Shown in pieces: positions 12,962 through 23,175 of a stretch of DNA of 64,000 bases; the stretch's first letter is position 1, and each line of letters begins with the position of its first letter. The DNA is from Candidatus Krumholzibacteriota bacterium (GTDB taxonomy: Bacteria; Krumholzibacteriota; Krumholzibacteriia; JAJRXK01). Both the position numbers and the translations under genes were made by a program. The stretch spans positions 128,001 to 192,000 of the forward strand of contig CAVSGG010000008.1 in the NCBI GenBank assembly GCA_963727455.1, given 5' to 3'. A model generated the notes under the pieces. That model was given only the letters and a program-made list of their open reading frames with translations, did not search any database and had not been told where the DNA came from.

Positions 12962-14761
12962 ATGCCCTCTCATTTGGATCTCAGGTCCTTTCTCCGCTCG
13001 CTTGAAAGAGACGACCAGCTCGTGGCGATCGATGCGCCGGTGGATCCCTACCTGGAAATGGCCGAAATTCACCGCCGGGTCATCGCGGCCAACGGTCCGG
13101 CGCTGCTCTTTCGCAATCCCAGCCGGGGAAAGCTGCCCGTGGCCACCAACCTCTTCGGCACGGCCGAGAGGGTAGAACGAGCTTTCGGCCCCAAACCCCT
13201 GGAGCTGGTAAAGAGGCTCGCGAAGCTCCCCGAGGAGTTATTGCCGCTGAGCGTGCGAAAGCTCTGGACGCAACGCGCCCTCTTTGGCGAACTGCGAAAG
13301 TTGGGTCTGCGCCGCAGGAGCGGCCCCATCTTGTCCGTGCGGCAGACTACCTCCGACCTGAACGAATTGCCCTTGCTCACCACCTGGCGGGATGACGGCG
13401 GTCCTTTCATCACCCTCCCTCTCGTCTACACCGAACACCCTGAGCTTGGAACGCACAATCTGGGCATGTACCGCATGCAGCGCTTCGACGCCGAGAGCTG
13501 CGGGATCCACTGGCAGATCGGCAAGGGAGGTGGCTTTCATCACCACCTGGCGGAATCGCGCGGCGAGTCGCTTCCCGTGAACGTGTTTCTCGGCGGCCCC
13601 CCGGCCGCCATACTGGCCGCGATCGCTCCCCTTCCGGAGAATCTGCCCGAGCTGATCCTTGCCTCTCTGCTCGCCGGCGAGAGACTGCCCATGGCCAAGA
13701 ATCCTCGCGGTCCCCTGCCGGTCCTGTCCACGGCCGAGCTAGCCTTGGTCGGAGAAGTGCGCCCCCATGAGCGCCGCCCTGAAGGTCCGTTCGGCGACCA
13801 CTACGGCTACTACTCCCTCGCGCACCCCTTCCCCGTATTTCATTGCTCTGCAATTTTGCGCCGCAAGGACGCGATCTATCCGGCAACGGTGGTGGGCAAA
13901 CCGCGACAGGAGGACTTCTACATCGGCGATTACTTGCAAAATCTGCTCTCGCCCGTGTTTCCATTGGTCATGCCCGCGGTGCAGGATCTATGGAGTTACG
14001 GGGAGACCGGCTTTCACAGCCTCGCGGCCGCAGTAGTGAAAGAACGCTACAAGCGAGAGGCGATGATGAGCGCATTCCGCATTCTCGGCGAAGGACAACT
14101 CTCGTTGACCAAGTTCCTCCTGGTCCTGGACCAGAGACGCGACCTACGGAACTTTCGCGAGACTCTCACGCACGTGCTCGAGCGTTTCGACCCCGCGACC
14201 GATCTCTACGTCTTGGGTAATCTGTCGATGGATACGCTCGACTACAACGGTCCGCGCTTGAATGAAGGATCGAAGGGAGTCCTCTTGGGGATGGGCGAGC
14301 CCATCCGGGATCTTCCCCGAAGTTTTCAGGGTGAGTTGCCCAGGGGATTCTCGCAGGCGCGCGTGTTTTGCCCCGGCTGCCTGGTGTTGAGCGGACCGAG
14401 CTATCAAGAAGAGCCCGAAGCCGCGCTCAGGGCGGCTCGATACGAAGCGTTCTCGGCTTGGCCTCTACTGGTATTGGCGGACGATGCCGCCAGGGCGAAT
14501 GCGAGCGAAGCGAACTTTCTGTGGACGACCTTCACTCGCTTCGAACCGGCCGCCGATCTGCACGCGCGCAGTGTCGAACTGAAACGGCTGCACCCTTCTT
14601 TTGGGACACCAGTGGTGATCGATTCCCGTTTGAAGCCAGGCTTCCCCGATGAGCTTTACTGCGATGAGGAGACGGCCCGGTTGGTCGACAAGCGATGGAA
14701 GGAGTACTTCCCCTCGCGCGAGGTGCCCATGGGGGATAGCGATCGGGCCCATTTGGATTGA
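12962..14761 (+). CDS. ubiD: UbiD-family (prFMN-dependent) decarboxylase, long MqnL-like form
   Basis: NLFGT, DGGPFITLP, NLGMYR, EGPFGDHYGYY, TVVGKPRQED, DTLDY. Confidence 0.92.
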   Translation: MPSHLDLRSFLRSLERDDQLVAIDAPVDPYLEMAEIHRRVIAANGPALLFRNPSRGKLPVATNLFGTAERVERAFGPKPLELVKRLAKLPEELLPLSVRKLWTQRALFGELRKLGLRRRSGPILSVRQTTSDLNELPLLTTWRDDGGPFITLPLVYTEHPELGTHNLGMYRMQRFDAESCGIHWQIGKGGGFHHHLAESRGESLPVNVFLGGPPAAILAAIAPLPENLPELILASLLAGERLPMAKNPRGPLPVLSTAELALVGEVRPHERRPEGPFGDHYGYYSLAHPFPVFHCSAILRRKDAIYPATVVGKPRQEDFYIGDYLQNLLSPVFPLVMPAVQDLWSYGETGFHSLAAAVVKERYKREAMMSAFRILGEGQLSLTKFLLVLDQRRDLRNFRETLTHVLERFDPATDLYVLGNLSMDTLDYNGPRLNEGSKGVLLGMGEPIRDLPRSFQGELPRGFSQARVFCPGCLVLSGPSYQEEPEAALRAARYEAFSAWPLLVLADDAARANASEANFLWTTFTRFEPAADLHARSVELKRLHPSFGTPVVIDSRLKPGFPDELYCDEETARLVDKRWKEYFPSREVPMGDSDRAHLD

Positions 14762-14771
14762 CGGACCCTGC

Positions 14772-15413
14772 TCAGCCGCGGGCCTTCCCCATCTCGAACT
14801 GGGCTTTCTTGGGTGCTCCCGCCGGGGCGAGTTGAACTTTCACCGGATTGATTACAGCCGCCGTATCCGCGTAGGCAAAGGCCCTCAAGTCCTTGATCCC
14901 CTTGCATGCGAGATAGCCGGGGGAGGGGGGATGGAAGCTGCCGTTCGCGACCGGCGCCAAGCCCAGCACAAGATCGTGGCCCGCATCCGGAGCGATCGTC
15001 ACGGTGTAGGTGGCCAGAACGATCTGTTGCTCCTGTTTGCATTCCTTGCCCAGGCCTACCCGCCACCCGTCGACTTTGCTCCCCATGTTGAGTCCGTCGG
15101 CCTCGCGCTTGAGCACCATGATGCCCTTGCCGAGCACGACCTGAGCCTCCCAGGCCTTGATGCCACCCGCGCTCCCCTCGGCCACCACGGAGAACTGCGC
15201 CTGCTCGCCCGGCTGGAGCGCAATGCTCCTGGAATGAGAAAAAAGGTCGAAGTAGATCGCCAGTCTGGCCGGTTCATCACTCGCGGACTGTTCGGGCTCC
15301 GACACGAGTTCGCTGGAGGAGCTGTCGTTCTCGGCCACAGGCTGAACATCTTGCGCGCGCGCAGTGGAAGCGATGATGAGAAGGAGAAGGGAAAACAGCA
15401 CTTTGCTTCGCAT
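14772..15413 (-). CDS. Secreted hypothetical protein (possible beta-sandwich/cohesin-like)
   Basis: Signal peptide MRSKVLFSLLLLIIASTARA; beta-rich body with two Cys. Confidence 0.65.
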   Translation of the reverse strand: MRSKVLFSLLLLIIASTARAQDVQPVAENDSSSSELVSEPEQSASDEPARLAIYFDLFSHSRSIALQPGEQAQFSVVAEGSAGGIKAWEAQVVLGKGIMVLKREADGLNMGSKVDGWRVGLGKECKQEQQIVLATYTVTIAPDAGHDLVLGLAPVANGSFHPPSPGYLACKGIKDLRAFAYADTAAVINPVKVQLAPAGAPKKAQFEMGKARG

Positions 15414-15499
15414 GCCGACTCCGTCGCTTCGGGAGAGGGTTGGGGCCCAGACTGGCTGCATTAATGATAGAGCGCTTCGCCTCGCGCTTCCAGCGTGAA

Positions 15500-16261
15500 T
15501 CAAACCTTCGTTTCGTCGGGATCTTCCTGCGCGGCTTCCAGGAAGTCGCTTTCCTCCATTCTCACCACCACGACGGATACATTGTCCTGTCCCCCGAAGT
15601 CGTTTGCCAGCTGGATCATCTCGTTCACGAGCCGGTCGGGCCGTTCACCGGATGAGATCGCGTCGAGAATTTGTTCGTGGCGCACCATGTCACTGAGCCC
15701 GTCGCTGCACAACAAGAAGGTATCCTCTGGCTCCAAATCGTAGTCGAAGAGATCGACTTCCGTTCCCATCGCACCGCCAACACAGCGGGTGAGAATGTTG
15801 CGCATGGGATGATCGTCGGCCTCTTGCATGGTCAATTCTCCGCGATCCACCATCTCCTGGACCAGACGGTGATCGTTGGTGATCTGACGACCGACTCCGT
15901 TGTGATAGAGATAGGCGCGCGAGTCTCCCACTTGCGCCAAGGCCATGGTCCCGCGCAGGATGGACGCAGCGATGCAGGTCGTCCCCATACGGTAGAGAGC
16001 GGGAGTACGCTCTCCGAGCTGGTTGATCTTCTGATTCACGTCGTGGATCGCGGCGCGCAGCTCTTCGGAGGAAAGTCCGTACTCGCTGGAGAGGGCAGCA
16101 CGGGCAAGTTCTCCAGTAAGCATCTGCGATGCGACCTTTCCTCCCTTACTGCCACCTACCCCATCCGCCACTGCGAAGAGTCCGTGCTGCGGCAATAAGA
16201 GAATGCTGTCCTCGTTGACCTTGCGAACTTGCCCGATATCCGTGGCACCAGCACAAATCAT
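15500..16261 (-). CDS. PP2C-type Ser/Thr phosphatase (Stp1/PrpC)
   Basis: TDIGQVRKVNED, VADGVGG, MGTT, VGDSRAY, LLCSDGL, GGQDNVS. Confidence 0.95.
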   Translation of the reverse strand: MICAGATDIGQVRKVNEDSILLLPQHGLFAVADGVGGSKGGKVASQMLTGELARAALSSEYGLSSEELRAAIHDVNQKINQLGERTPALYRMGTTCIAASILRGTMALAQVGDSRAYLYHNGVGRQITNDHRLVQEMVDRGELTMQEADDHPMRNILTRCVGGAMGTEVDLFDYDLEPEDTFLLCSDGLSDMVRHEQILDAISSGERPDRLVNEMIQLANDFGGQDNVSVVVVRMEESDFLEAAQEDPDETKV

Positions 16262-16542
16262 GAATTCAACTTCCCTGGGGAACTTTTTCTTCTGGTTCGG
16301 GAACGGCGCCCACTCGCCCCTGAGATCTCCTTCTGCCCGAACAAATCTCCTTGGAGGTCCGCGCAGTATACAGCTCGATGCAGTCCATTGACATCCTCGA
16401 GTCGGCATTCCACCGTCCAGCCGCGCCGCTGCATCTCCTTGACGGTCTGCAGGTAGTCCGCGCCGACCTTGCGCAGCATCCAGCGCGCGTCTCGCGGCTT
16501 TTCCTTCAGGTAACGATACAGCCGCTCCAGTTCCATCTCCAT
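16258..16542 (-). CDS. Small basic hypothetical protein (possible winged HTH)
   Basis: Purine-rich RBS, ATGA coupling to PP2C, contains LQGDLFG. Confidence 0.65.
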   Translation of the reverse strand: MEMELERLYRYLKEKPRDARWMLRKVGADYLQTVKEMQRRGWTVECRLEDVNGLHRAVYCADLQGDLFGQKEISGASGRRSRTRRKSSPGKLNS

Positions 16543-16597
16543 TCCTCGTCCCTCCAGCGAAATTGAGTCTCCGCGACCCCCATTGGTATCATACTCG

Positions 16598-17248
16598 TCA
16601 TTCTCCGGCCAGATCCGCCTCGATCCTCTCCCCCATCGCCTTCATCGCCGCATCGAAATAGCTGTGGTCGCCCGGCAGGACCAAAAGCTCCACTGGCCAC
16701 TTCGCTTTGCGTAAGAACTCCTCGTCCGCCCGCAGCGCGGGGAGATGCACCGTTCGATCCGACTCGCCCCAGAGAATGGTCACGGGAAACGGCGCCTGGC
16801 TTGTCAAGCGGGGCCTGAAATCAGGCGGACAATCGCCCGCCAAAAGGAAGAGTCGACGGGGCCGAAGCTCGGGGAGGCACGCGACGCGATAGGCGGTCGA
16901 CGCGCCCTGAGAGAATCCAAAGAGATAGAGAGGAAGCTCGCCGTAGGAGGATTTCAATCGCGAGAGCAGCTCGCGCGCGTAACTCGAGATCTGTTCGGCC
17001 TGGCGCTCGCGGCGGAAGCGTGTCATCCATGAGGCGACCACCTTCCCCTTGCGGTTGTAGAAGTGGTGTTGGCCCATCGGACCCACCAGGAGCGCGCGAT
17101 CTACTTCCGCCTTGCGCAATCCTTCCAAACAGTGCGCGGGGCGTTCTCCGTATCCGTGAAAACCCATGATGAGGCATCGAGCTTCATCCGGCGCATCCAC
17201 CAGAGTGAAGGCCGCAGTCGTGAGGGGGAATTCCAGCCAATGCACCAT
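16598..17248 (-). CDS. Alpha/beta hydrolase (phospholipase/carboxylesterase-like)
   Basis: FHGYG, GFSQG nucleophile elbow, WGESD, GDH triad residues. Confidence 0.88.
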   Translation of the reverse strand: MVHWLEFPLTTAAFTLVDAPDEARCLIMGFHGYGERPAHCLEGLRKAEVDRALLVGPMGQHHFYNRKGKVVASWMTRFRRERQAEQISSYARELLSRLKSSYGELPLYLFGFSQGASTAYRVACLPELRPRRLFLLAGDCPPDFRPRLTSQAPFPVTILWGESDRTVHLPALRADEEFLRKAKWPVELLVLPGDHSYFDAAMKAMGERIEADLAGE

Positions 17249-17262
17249 GGAGACATCGCGCG

Positions 17263-17826
17263 CTAGGATTCGGGCGCGAAGAGGTCGATCTGTGGGGGCT
17301 CGGTCGGCAAGCCCAGGGTCTTTAGGGCGAAATTGATCCAGCCCGGTCGATCCTCAAAATCCAGTCGATAGGAGCTGGCGCCGAAGGCATCCACGAGTTC
17401 GTCGATCAACTCGTCGATCTCACTCTGAAAGGTGGCCGAGAGGGCTCTGGTTCCGTCGAAGCTGGGCGGCTGCAGGATGGGTACTTTGAAAAGCGCGTCG
17501 TAGGTGCCGACCCAAGTCTCGACCAGGGGATCATACTCCAAGCGGCGTCCCAGGCGATGCACCAGGTAAGCGTAGTTGTCCAGGACGGAGCGATCACAGA
17601 CCACGGTGTCGAAGAGATTGCCGGCACTGATTTCCTGCGCAATTTGGGTGTGGAGAATCCAGGCCTGCGCCTCCAGAGTGGTCTCCTGATTGATGGGAAG
17701 CGGGCAGTGGCGCGCGACTTCGCGGACGATATCCACGTTGAGATCGAGCCTCTTCAGCCGGGCGGCCAGGTCGAAACAGAGGGTTGTCTTGCCCACTCCG
17801 TGAGTGCCGATGAACGCGATCTTCAT
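17263..17826 (-). CDS. P-loop NTPase (AAA_28, NadR/Ttd14-like nucleotide-kinase fold)
   Basis: KIAFIGTHGVGKTT, EVAR, CDRSVLDNYAY, DGTR. Confidence 0.85.
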   Translation of the reverse strand: MKIAFIGTHGVGKTTLCFDLAARLKRLDLNVDIVREVARHCPLPINQETTLEAQAWILHTQIAQEISAGNLFDTVVCDRSVLDNYAYLVHRLGRRLEYDPLVETWVGTYDALFKVPILQPPSFDGTRALSATFQSEIDELIDELVDAFGASSYRLDFEDRPGWINFALKTLGLPTEPPQIDLFAPES

Positions 17827-17904
17827 GAGCCGCACGATACCACATGAACTGGGCGGAACAAGACGGTACTTGTGAGCCTGCGAAAATCGACTAATCTGGC
17901 GCCC

Positions 17905-19644
17905 ATGCCTTTGTTCCAACGCATCGCATCACTGCTTCGTCCCAGCTCGGGATCCACCGGCCGTCTGGTCTTTCTGTCGGCGATCGTGGGGGTCGTCGGG
18001 GGCCTCGCCGCACCCGCATTCATGTGGATGCTCCGCATCGCCTCCCATTACCTGCTGCAGGGGATCGCCGGCTATGTCCCACCCGGGCTGGCCTCAGAGG
18101 GCTCCTCCGGTCTGGAAGTCGTCGGAGCCCACGGCCTGTGGCTCATCCCGGTTTCCACCACCATTGGCGGAATTCTCTCGGGTCTCATCGTCTTCCGCTT
18201 CGCGCCGGAGGCCGAGGGCCACGGGACTGACGCCGCGATCAGTGCCTTCCACGAGAAGGGGGGCGCAGTGCGCGGGCGGGTGCCCCTGGTGAAGTCGATC
18301 AGTTCCGCACTGACCATCGGTTCGGGCGGCGCGGCGGGACGCGAAGGTCCAGTGGCGCAGATCAGCGCCGGTTTTGGCTCGATCATGGCCGAGTGGCTGG
18401 GTTGCTCACCGCGGGAACGGCGTCTGTTGGTCCTGGCCGGGGTGGCGGCCGGACTTTCGGCTATTTTTCGCTCCCCCCTGGGTACCGCAGTCTTCGCGGT
18501 AGAAGTCCTCTACTCGACCATGGAGTTCGAGGCCCGCGCCCTCATCTACACGATCATGGCCGCCGTGGTGGCCTATGCTGTCAACGGCATCTTCGTGGGC
18601 TTCGATCCCATTTTCAGCCTGCCGGCCGGCCTGACCTTCGACCGTATCGACACGCTCTTCTGGTTCGCCGTCCTGGGAGTCTTCACCGGTCTGGCCTCCG
18701 CCACCCTCCCCTGGCTGTACTACCGCACCCACCAGCTCTTCCACGCGCTTCCGGGACCGCGCTTCTTGGGCCCCGCTCTGGGCGCGTTGATCTTGGGTCT
18801 GCTGGGACTGCTACTCCCGCAGATCCTGGGTGGCGGTTACGGTTGGATGCAGATGGCCATGGACGGCAAACTCGCAATCGGGCTCTTGCTGGTGCTGGCA
18901 GTGGCCAAGATGGTGGCGATGTCCTTGACCGTGGCCTCAGGGGGATCGGGCGGCGTATTCGCGCCGAGTCTCTACGTGGGGACCTTTCTCGGCGCGGCAC
19001 TCGCCCTGGCGGTAAACCGGATCTTCCCGGCCTCTCAGTGCTCGGTCGCGGCCTTCGCGGTGGTCGGCATGGCCTCGTTCTTCTCCGGGGCGGCCCGGGT
19101 TCCCATCGCCACGATGCTGATGGTCATGGAGATGACCGGAGGTTACGGGCTCTTGGTGCCGAGCATGCTCGCCGTCATTTTGAGTTATCTGATCGAGTCG
19201 AAGGTGACCACGGGCTGGCGTTGGCCCAGCCTCTACGAAGCCCAGGTGCTCACGCGCGCGGATTCACCGGTCCACCACGAGGAATACACTCTGCGCGCCA
19301 TGGACCTCATACGTTCCGGGCGCGCGCGCTTGCCGCGCGAGGCGACGCCGGCACACCTGGTGAACCTGCTGCAGATGGGCACTCCCATTCCCATCGGGGG
19401 TACCGGGCGCAGTCTCTGCCGCTGCCGCGTACGGGAAGGGGCGCCGGGCGCGGGCAAGACGCTGCGCGACCGACCCTTCGGTCCGCACATTCAGTTGCTC
19501 TCGATTTTGCGGAGGGGAGAAGTCATCGATCCCTTCCCCGACACGGTGTGCCTGGTGGGAGATGAACTAATTTGCTTGCTCTCTCCGGATGCCTTCGATC
19601 ATGCCAGCGACAGCTTGGAGTTGATCACGCAGCCCGGCAACTGA
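17905..19644 (+). CDS. ClC chloride channel/antiporter with C-terminal TrkA-C (RCK_C)-like domain
   Basis: GHGTD, GREGP, GGVFAP, SLY; C-terminal GKTLRD...SILRRGEVIDPFPDTVCLVGDEL. Confidence 0.93.
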   Translation: MPLFQRIASLLRPSSGSTGRLVFLSAIVGVVGGLAAPAFMWMLRIASHYLLQGIAGYVPPGLASEGSSGLEVVGAHGLWLIPVSTTIGGILSGLIVFRFAPEAEGHGTDAAISAFHEKGGAVRGRVPLVKSISSALTIGSGGAAGREGPVAQISAGFGSIMAEWLGCSPRERRLLVLAGVAAGLSAIFRSPLGTAVFAVEVLYSTMEFEARALIYTIMAAVVAYAVNGIFVGFDPIFSLPAGLTFDRIDTLFWFAVLGVFTGLASATLPWLYYRTHQLFHALPGPRFLGPALGALILGLLGLLLPQILGGGYGWMQMAMDGKLAIGLLLVLAVAKMVAMSLTVASGGSGGVFAPSLYVGTFLGAALALAVNRIFPASQCSVAAFAVVGMASFFSGAARVPIATMLMVMEMTGGYGLLVPSMLAVILSYLIESKVTTGWRWPSLYEAQVLTRADSPVHHEEYTLRAMDLIRSGRARLPREATPAHLVNLLQMGTPIPIGGTGRSLCRCRVREGAPGAGKTLRDRPFGPHIQLLSILRRGEVIDPFPDTVCLVGDELICLLSPDAFDHASDSLELITQPGN

Positions 19645-19652
19645 GAACGCCC

Positions 19653-22600
19653 TCAAACCATGCGCCGGTATTCCCCGCCCACCTCGTACAGGGCGTGCGT
19701 GATCTGGCCCAGCGTAGCGACTTTCACCGTCTCCATCAGTTCTTCGAAGATGTTCTCACCATTGATGGCAACTCTCTGCAAGCGCATGAGTGCGTCCTGT
19801 GCCTCGCTCTGGTGGCGCCGCTGGAAGCGCTCACAGCCGTCGATCTGACGCTCCTTGGCTTCCTTGGAAGCTCGTATGAGTTGTCCCGCCTCCAGTTGAT
19901 ACTCGCTCTTGTTGGGGTCGAGAAAACTGTTTACTCCGATAATGGGGAGTTCGCCGGAGTGCTTCTTGGTTTCATATAGCAGACTCTCTTCCTGGATGCG
20001 TCCGCGTTGATACTGGGTCTCCATCGCGCCCAGAACGCCGCCTCGGTCACTCAAGCGATCGAATTCGGTCAGCACGGCTTCCTCCACCAGATGCGTCAGC
20101 TGTTCCACGAAGTACGAGCCCTGCAGAATGTTCTCGTTCTTCATGAAGCCCAGCTCACGGTTGATGATGAGCTGAATCGCCAGGGCGCGGCGCACGCTCT
20201 CTTCGGTGGGGGTAGTGACGGCCTCGTCGTAGGCATTCGTGTGCAAACTGTTGCAGTTGTCCGCCAAGGCCATCAGGGCCTGCAGTGTGGTGCGGATGTC
20301 GTTGAAAGCAATTTCCCTGGCGTGCAGCGAGCGTCCGCTGGTCTGAATGTGGTACTTGAGCTTCTGACTGCGCTCGTTGGCATGGAACAGCCGTCTCATG
20401 GCCACCGCCCAAATGCGACGCGCCACCCTGCCGATGACCGTGTATTCGGGATCTAGACCATTGGAGAAAAAGAAACTCAGATTAGGCGCCACTTCATCGA
20501 TCGACATCCCACGACTCAAGTAGTGTTCGACGTAGGTGAAGCCATTGGCCAGGGTGAACGCTAGCTGAGAAATCGGGTTTGCTCCCGCCTCGGCGATGTG
20601 ATAGCCACTGATGCTCACGCTGTAGTAGTTGCGCACCTTGTGATCGATGAAGTACTGCTGGATGTCCCCCATCATCTTGAGCGCGAAATCGGTCGAGAAG
20701 ATGCAGGTATTCTGAGCCTGATCTTCCTTCAGGATGTCGGCCTGGACCGTCCCTCGCACGATTTTGAGCGTGCCTTCCTTGATCCGTGCATATTCCTGCG
20801 GCGGGAGAAGTTCATCCCCCGTGACCCCAAGTAGATCCAAACCGAATCCGTCGTGCGTGGAAGGCAGTTCCCCGTGATAGCTAGGGGCTCCCGCGCCCTT
20901 CTTTTGCAGAAGCTCGTCGCGACGCGCGCGCGCTTCTTCAAACTTGCCATTCTCCTTCAGCCAACGCTCGCATTCCTGGTCGATCGCGGTGTTCAGGAAC
21001 ATGGCCAGAATCATGGGTGCAGGACCATTGATCGTCATACTCACCGAAGTCGTGGGGTCGGTGAGATGAAAGCCGCTGTAGAGACGCTTCATGTCGTCCA
21101 GACTACAGATGGAGACCCCACTCTCGCCCACCTTCCCGTAGATGTCTGGCCGGTGCCCCGGATCCTCACCGTAGAGAGTGACGGAATCGAAAGCAGTGGA
21201 GAGGCGCTTGGCTTTGCTGTCCTTGCTGAGATAGTGGAAGCGGAGATTGGTCTGTTCGGGAGGTCCCTCCCCCGCGAACATCCGGGCCGGTTCCTCTTCG
21301 GGGCGCTTGAAGGGGAACACTCCTGCCGTGTAGGGCCATTTTCCGGGCACGTTTTCCTCCAGGAGAAAACGGACCTGGTCGCCCTTGTCTTCCGTCGTGG
21401 GGAGCACCACACGCGCAATCGGGGTGCCCGCGAGAGAACGAGTATTGAGACGGTTGTGAATCTCCTTGTCCCGGATGCGCACCACCATCTCTTCGCGCCG
21501 ATAGGCTTCGCGCAATTCATCGAAGCTGTCCAGCGCGGCCGCGATGCTCGGATCCAGCCCGGCACGCGCCTCCTCGAGCTTTGCCGAGAGCGCCGCGCCT
21601 TGCTCCTGCCCGATTTCCTCCAGAGCTCGCTGTAGCGCATCTACCCTTCGTGCCGCCTTCACCTGCTGCTCGGTGTGCTGGTGGTGCTCGCGCAAGGTCT
21701 CGGCGATCTCCGAGAGATAGCGCAGGCGCGAGGGATTGATGACATGCGTTTTGATATCGGTCTGCTGGCGGCAGGGAATTTCGAGAGTGCTATCCCACTT
21801 TCTCTCGCTGAAATTTCCGAGCTCGATCATGAGCGCCTTGTAGAAGGCATTGACGCCATCATCGTTGAAGCGCGAAGCCATGGTCCCAAACACGGGAAGC
21901 TGCTCGAGAGAAATCGAGGGATCCATGTCCTGTTCGCGTCGAAGCTGCTTGCAGACGTCGCGGAAAGCATCCTCGCTGCCGCGGCGATCGAACTTGTTCA
22001 CCACAACCATCTTGGCGTAGTCCAACATCTCGATCTTCTCGAGCTGTGTGGGAGCGCCAAATTCGCTAGTCATGACGTAGATGGGGATGTCACACACCTC
22101 GACGATGCCCGCGTCGCCCTGACCGATTCCGCTGGTTTCGACGATCACAAGATCGAAACCCGCCGCCTGTGTCACCACGATGGCATCTCGAATCGCTCCG
22201 GAAAGCTCTCCGCGACTCTGCCGCGTTGCAAGGCTGCGCATGTAGGCGCGCTCGTGATGCACCGCGTTCATACGCAATCGATCCCCCAAGAGAGCGCCGC
22301 CAGTGCGCCTCTTCGAAGGGTCGACGCTGAGCACGGCCACGCTGCGATCCTCGAAATCGAGCAGGAACCTGCGCACGATTTCGTCGGTCAAACAGCTCTT
22401 CCCGGCACCTCCAGTTCCGGTCAATCCCACCACGGGAGCGAGAGTACCTTTGGGCCGATCCTTCAGGATTGCCGTGACCTCGCGAAGTGCTTTGCTGTCC
22501 TCTCCTTCACGCTCCACCCGGGAGATCCAGCGAGCGACCGTCGTCCAACGCGCAAATCCGCTCTCGCTCTGCGCGGGCGCTTCTTTGGGCGCGGGACAGA

Positions 22601-23075
22601 GAAAATCGCTGCGGCGCATCATGTCGAAGACGATGCCGTCCAAGCCCAAAGCCCGGCCGTCGTCCGGACTGTAGATGCGTTCCACCCCTTCCTTCTGAAG
22701 AATGGCGATTTCGTCGGGAACGATTACTCCACCGCCGCCCCCGAAGATCTTGATGTGGCTGGCGCCCTTCTTGTCGAGTAGCTCCCGCATGTAGCGGAAG
22801 TACTCCATGTGCCCGCCCTGGTAGCTGGAAACGGCGATGGCCTGGGCGTCCTCCTGGATCGACGCGTCCACCACTTCCTCCGCGGCACGATTGTGACCGA
22901 GGTGAATGACTTCGGCTCCGTGGCGTTGCAAAAGTCGTCGGAAGATGTTGATCGCCGCGTCGTGACCATCGAACAGTCCGGCGGCGGTCACGAAGCGCAG
23001 CGGATGCTCAGGCTTGTAGGAATGGGCGGAGGAATCTGCCTGCTTTTTCGCGGTGGGAGAAATCGCTGGATTCAT
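19653..23075 (-). CDS. icmF: Fused isobutyryl-CoA mutase/GTPase
   Basis: B12-binding FDGHDAAINI...SSYQGGH; MeaB GTPase GTGGAGKS and NKFD; mutase RMFAGEG, GTVQADILKEDQAQN; start uncertain (23075 or 23168). Confidence 0.96.
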   Translation of the reverse strand: MNPAISPTAKKQADSSAHSYKPEHPLRFVTAAGLFDGHDAAINIFRRLLQRHGAEVIHLGHNRAAEEVVDASIQEDAQAIAVSSYQGGHMEYFRYMRELLDKKGASHIKIFGGGGGVIVPDEIAILQKEGVERIYSPDDGRALGLDGIVFDMMRRSDFLCPAPKEAPAQSESGFARWTTVARWISRVEREGEDSKALREVTAILKDRPKGTLAPVVGLTGTGGAGKSCLTDEIVRRFLLDFEDRSVAVLSVDPSKRRTGGALLGDRLRMNAVHHERAYMRSLATRQSRGELSGAIRDAIVVTQAAGFDLVIVETSGIGQGDAGIVEVCDIPIYVMTSEFGAPTQLEKIEMLDYAKMVVVNKFDRRGSEDAFRDVCKQLRREQDMDPSISLEQLPVFGTMASRFNDDGVNAFYKALMIELGNFSERKWDSTLEIPCRQQTDIKTHVINPSRLRYLSEIAETLREHHQHTEQQVKAARRVDALQRALEEIGQEQGAALSAKLEEARAGLDPSIAAALDSFDELREAYRREEMVVRIRDKEIHNRLNTRSLAGTPIARVVLPTTEDKGDQVRFLLEENVPGKWPYTAGVFPFKRPEEEPARMFAGEGPPEQTNLRFHYLSKDSKAKRLSTAFDSVTLYGEDPGHRPDIYGKVGESGVSICSLDDMKRLYSGFHLTDPTTSVSMTINGPAPMILAMFLNTAIDQECERWLKENGKFEEARARRDELLQKKGAGAPSYHGELPSTHDGFGLDLLGVTGDELLPPQEYARIKEGTLKIVRGTVQADILKEDQAQNTCIFSTDFALKMMGDIQQYFIDHKVRNYYSVSISGYHIAEAGANPISQLAFTLANGFTYVEHYLSRGMSIDEVAPNLSFFFSNGLDPEYTVIGRVARRIWAVAMRRLFHANERSQKLKYHIQTSGRSLHAREIAFNDIRTTLQALMALADNCNSLHTNAYDEAVTTPTEESVRRALAIQLIINRELGFMKNENILQGSYFVEQLTHLVEEAVLTEFDRLSDRGGVLGAMETQYQRGRIQEESLLYETKKHSGELPIIGVNSFLDPNKSEYQLEAGQLIRASKEAKERQIDGCERFQRRHQSEAQDALMRLQRVAINGENIFEELMETVKVATLGQITHALYEVGGEYRRMV

Positions 23076-23175
23076 GTCGGCAATCTCTTGGGAGGAAAGG
23101 AGTTGGATCGTCACAGTATCATTGAGCAGCATACTGCCAGGCCCCGCATTGAGCAAGGCGCGGCTCAATGCGGCC

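Noticed and set aside
23076-23175. Cobalamin riboswitch upstream of icmF
   Set aside because: Gap too short and no B12-box elements.
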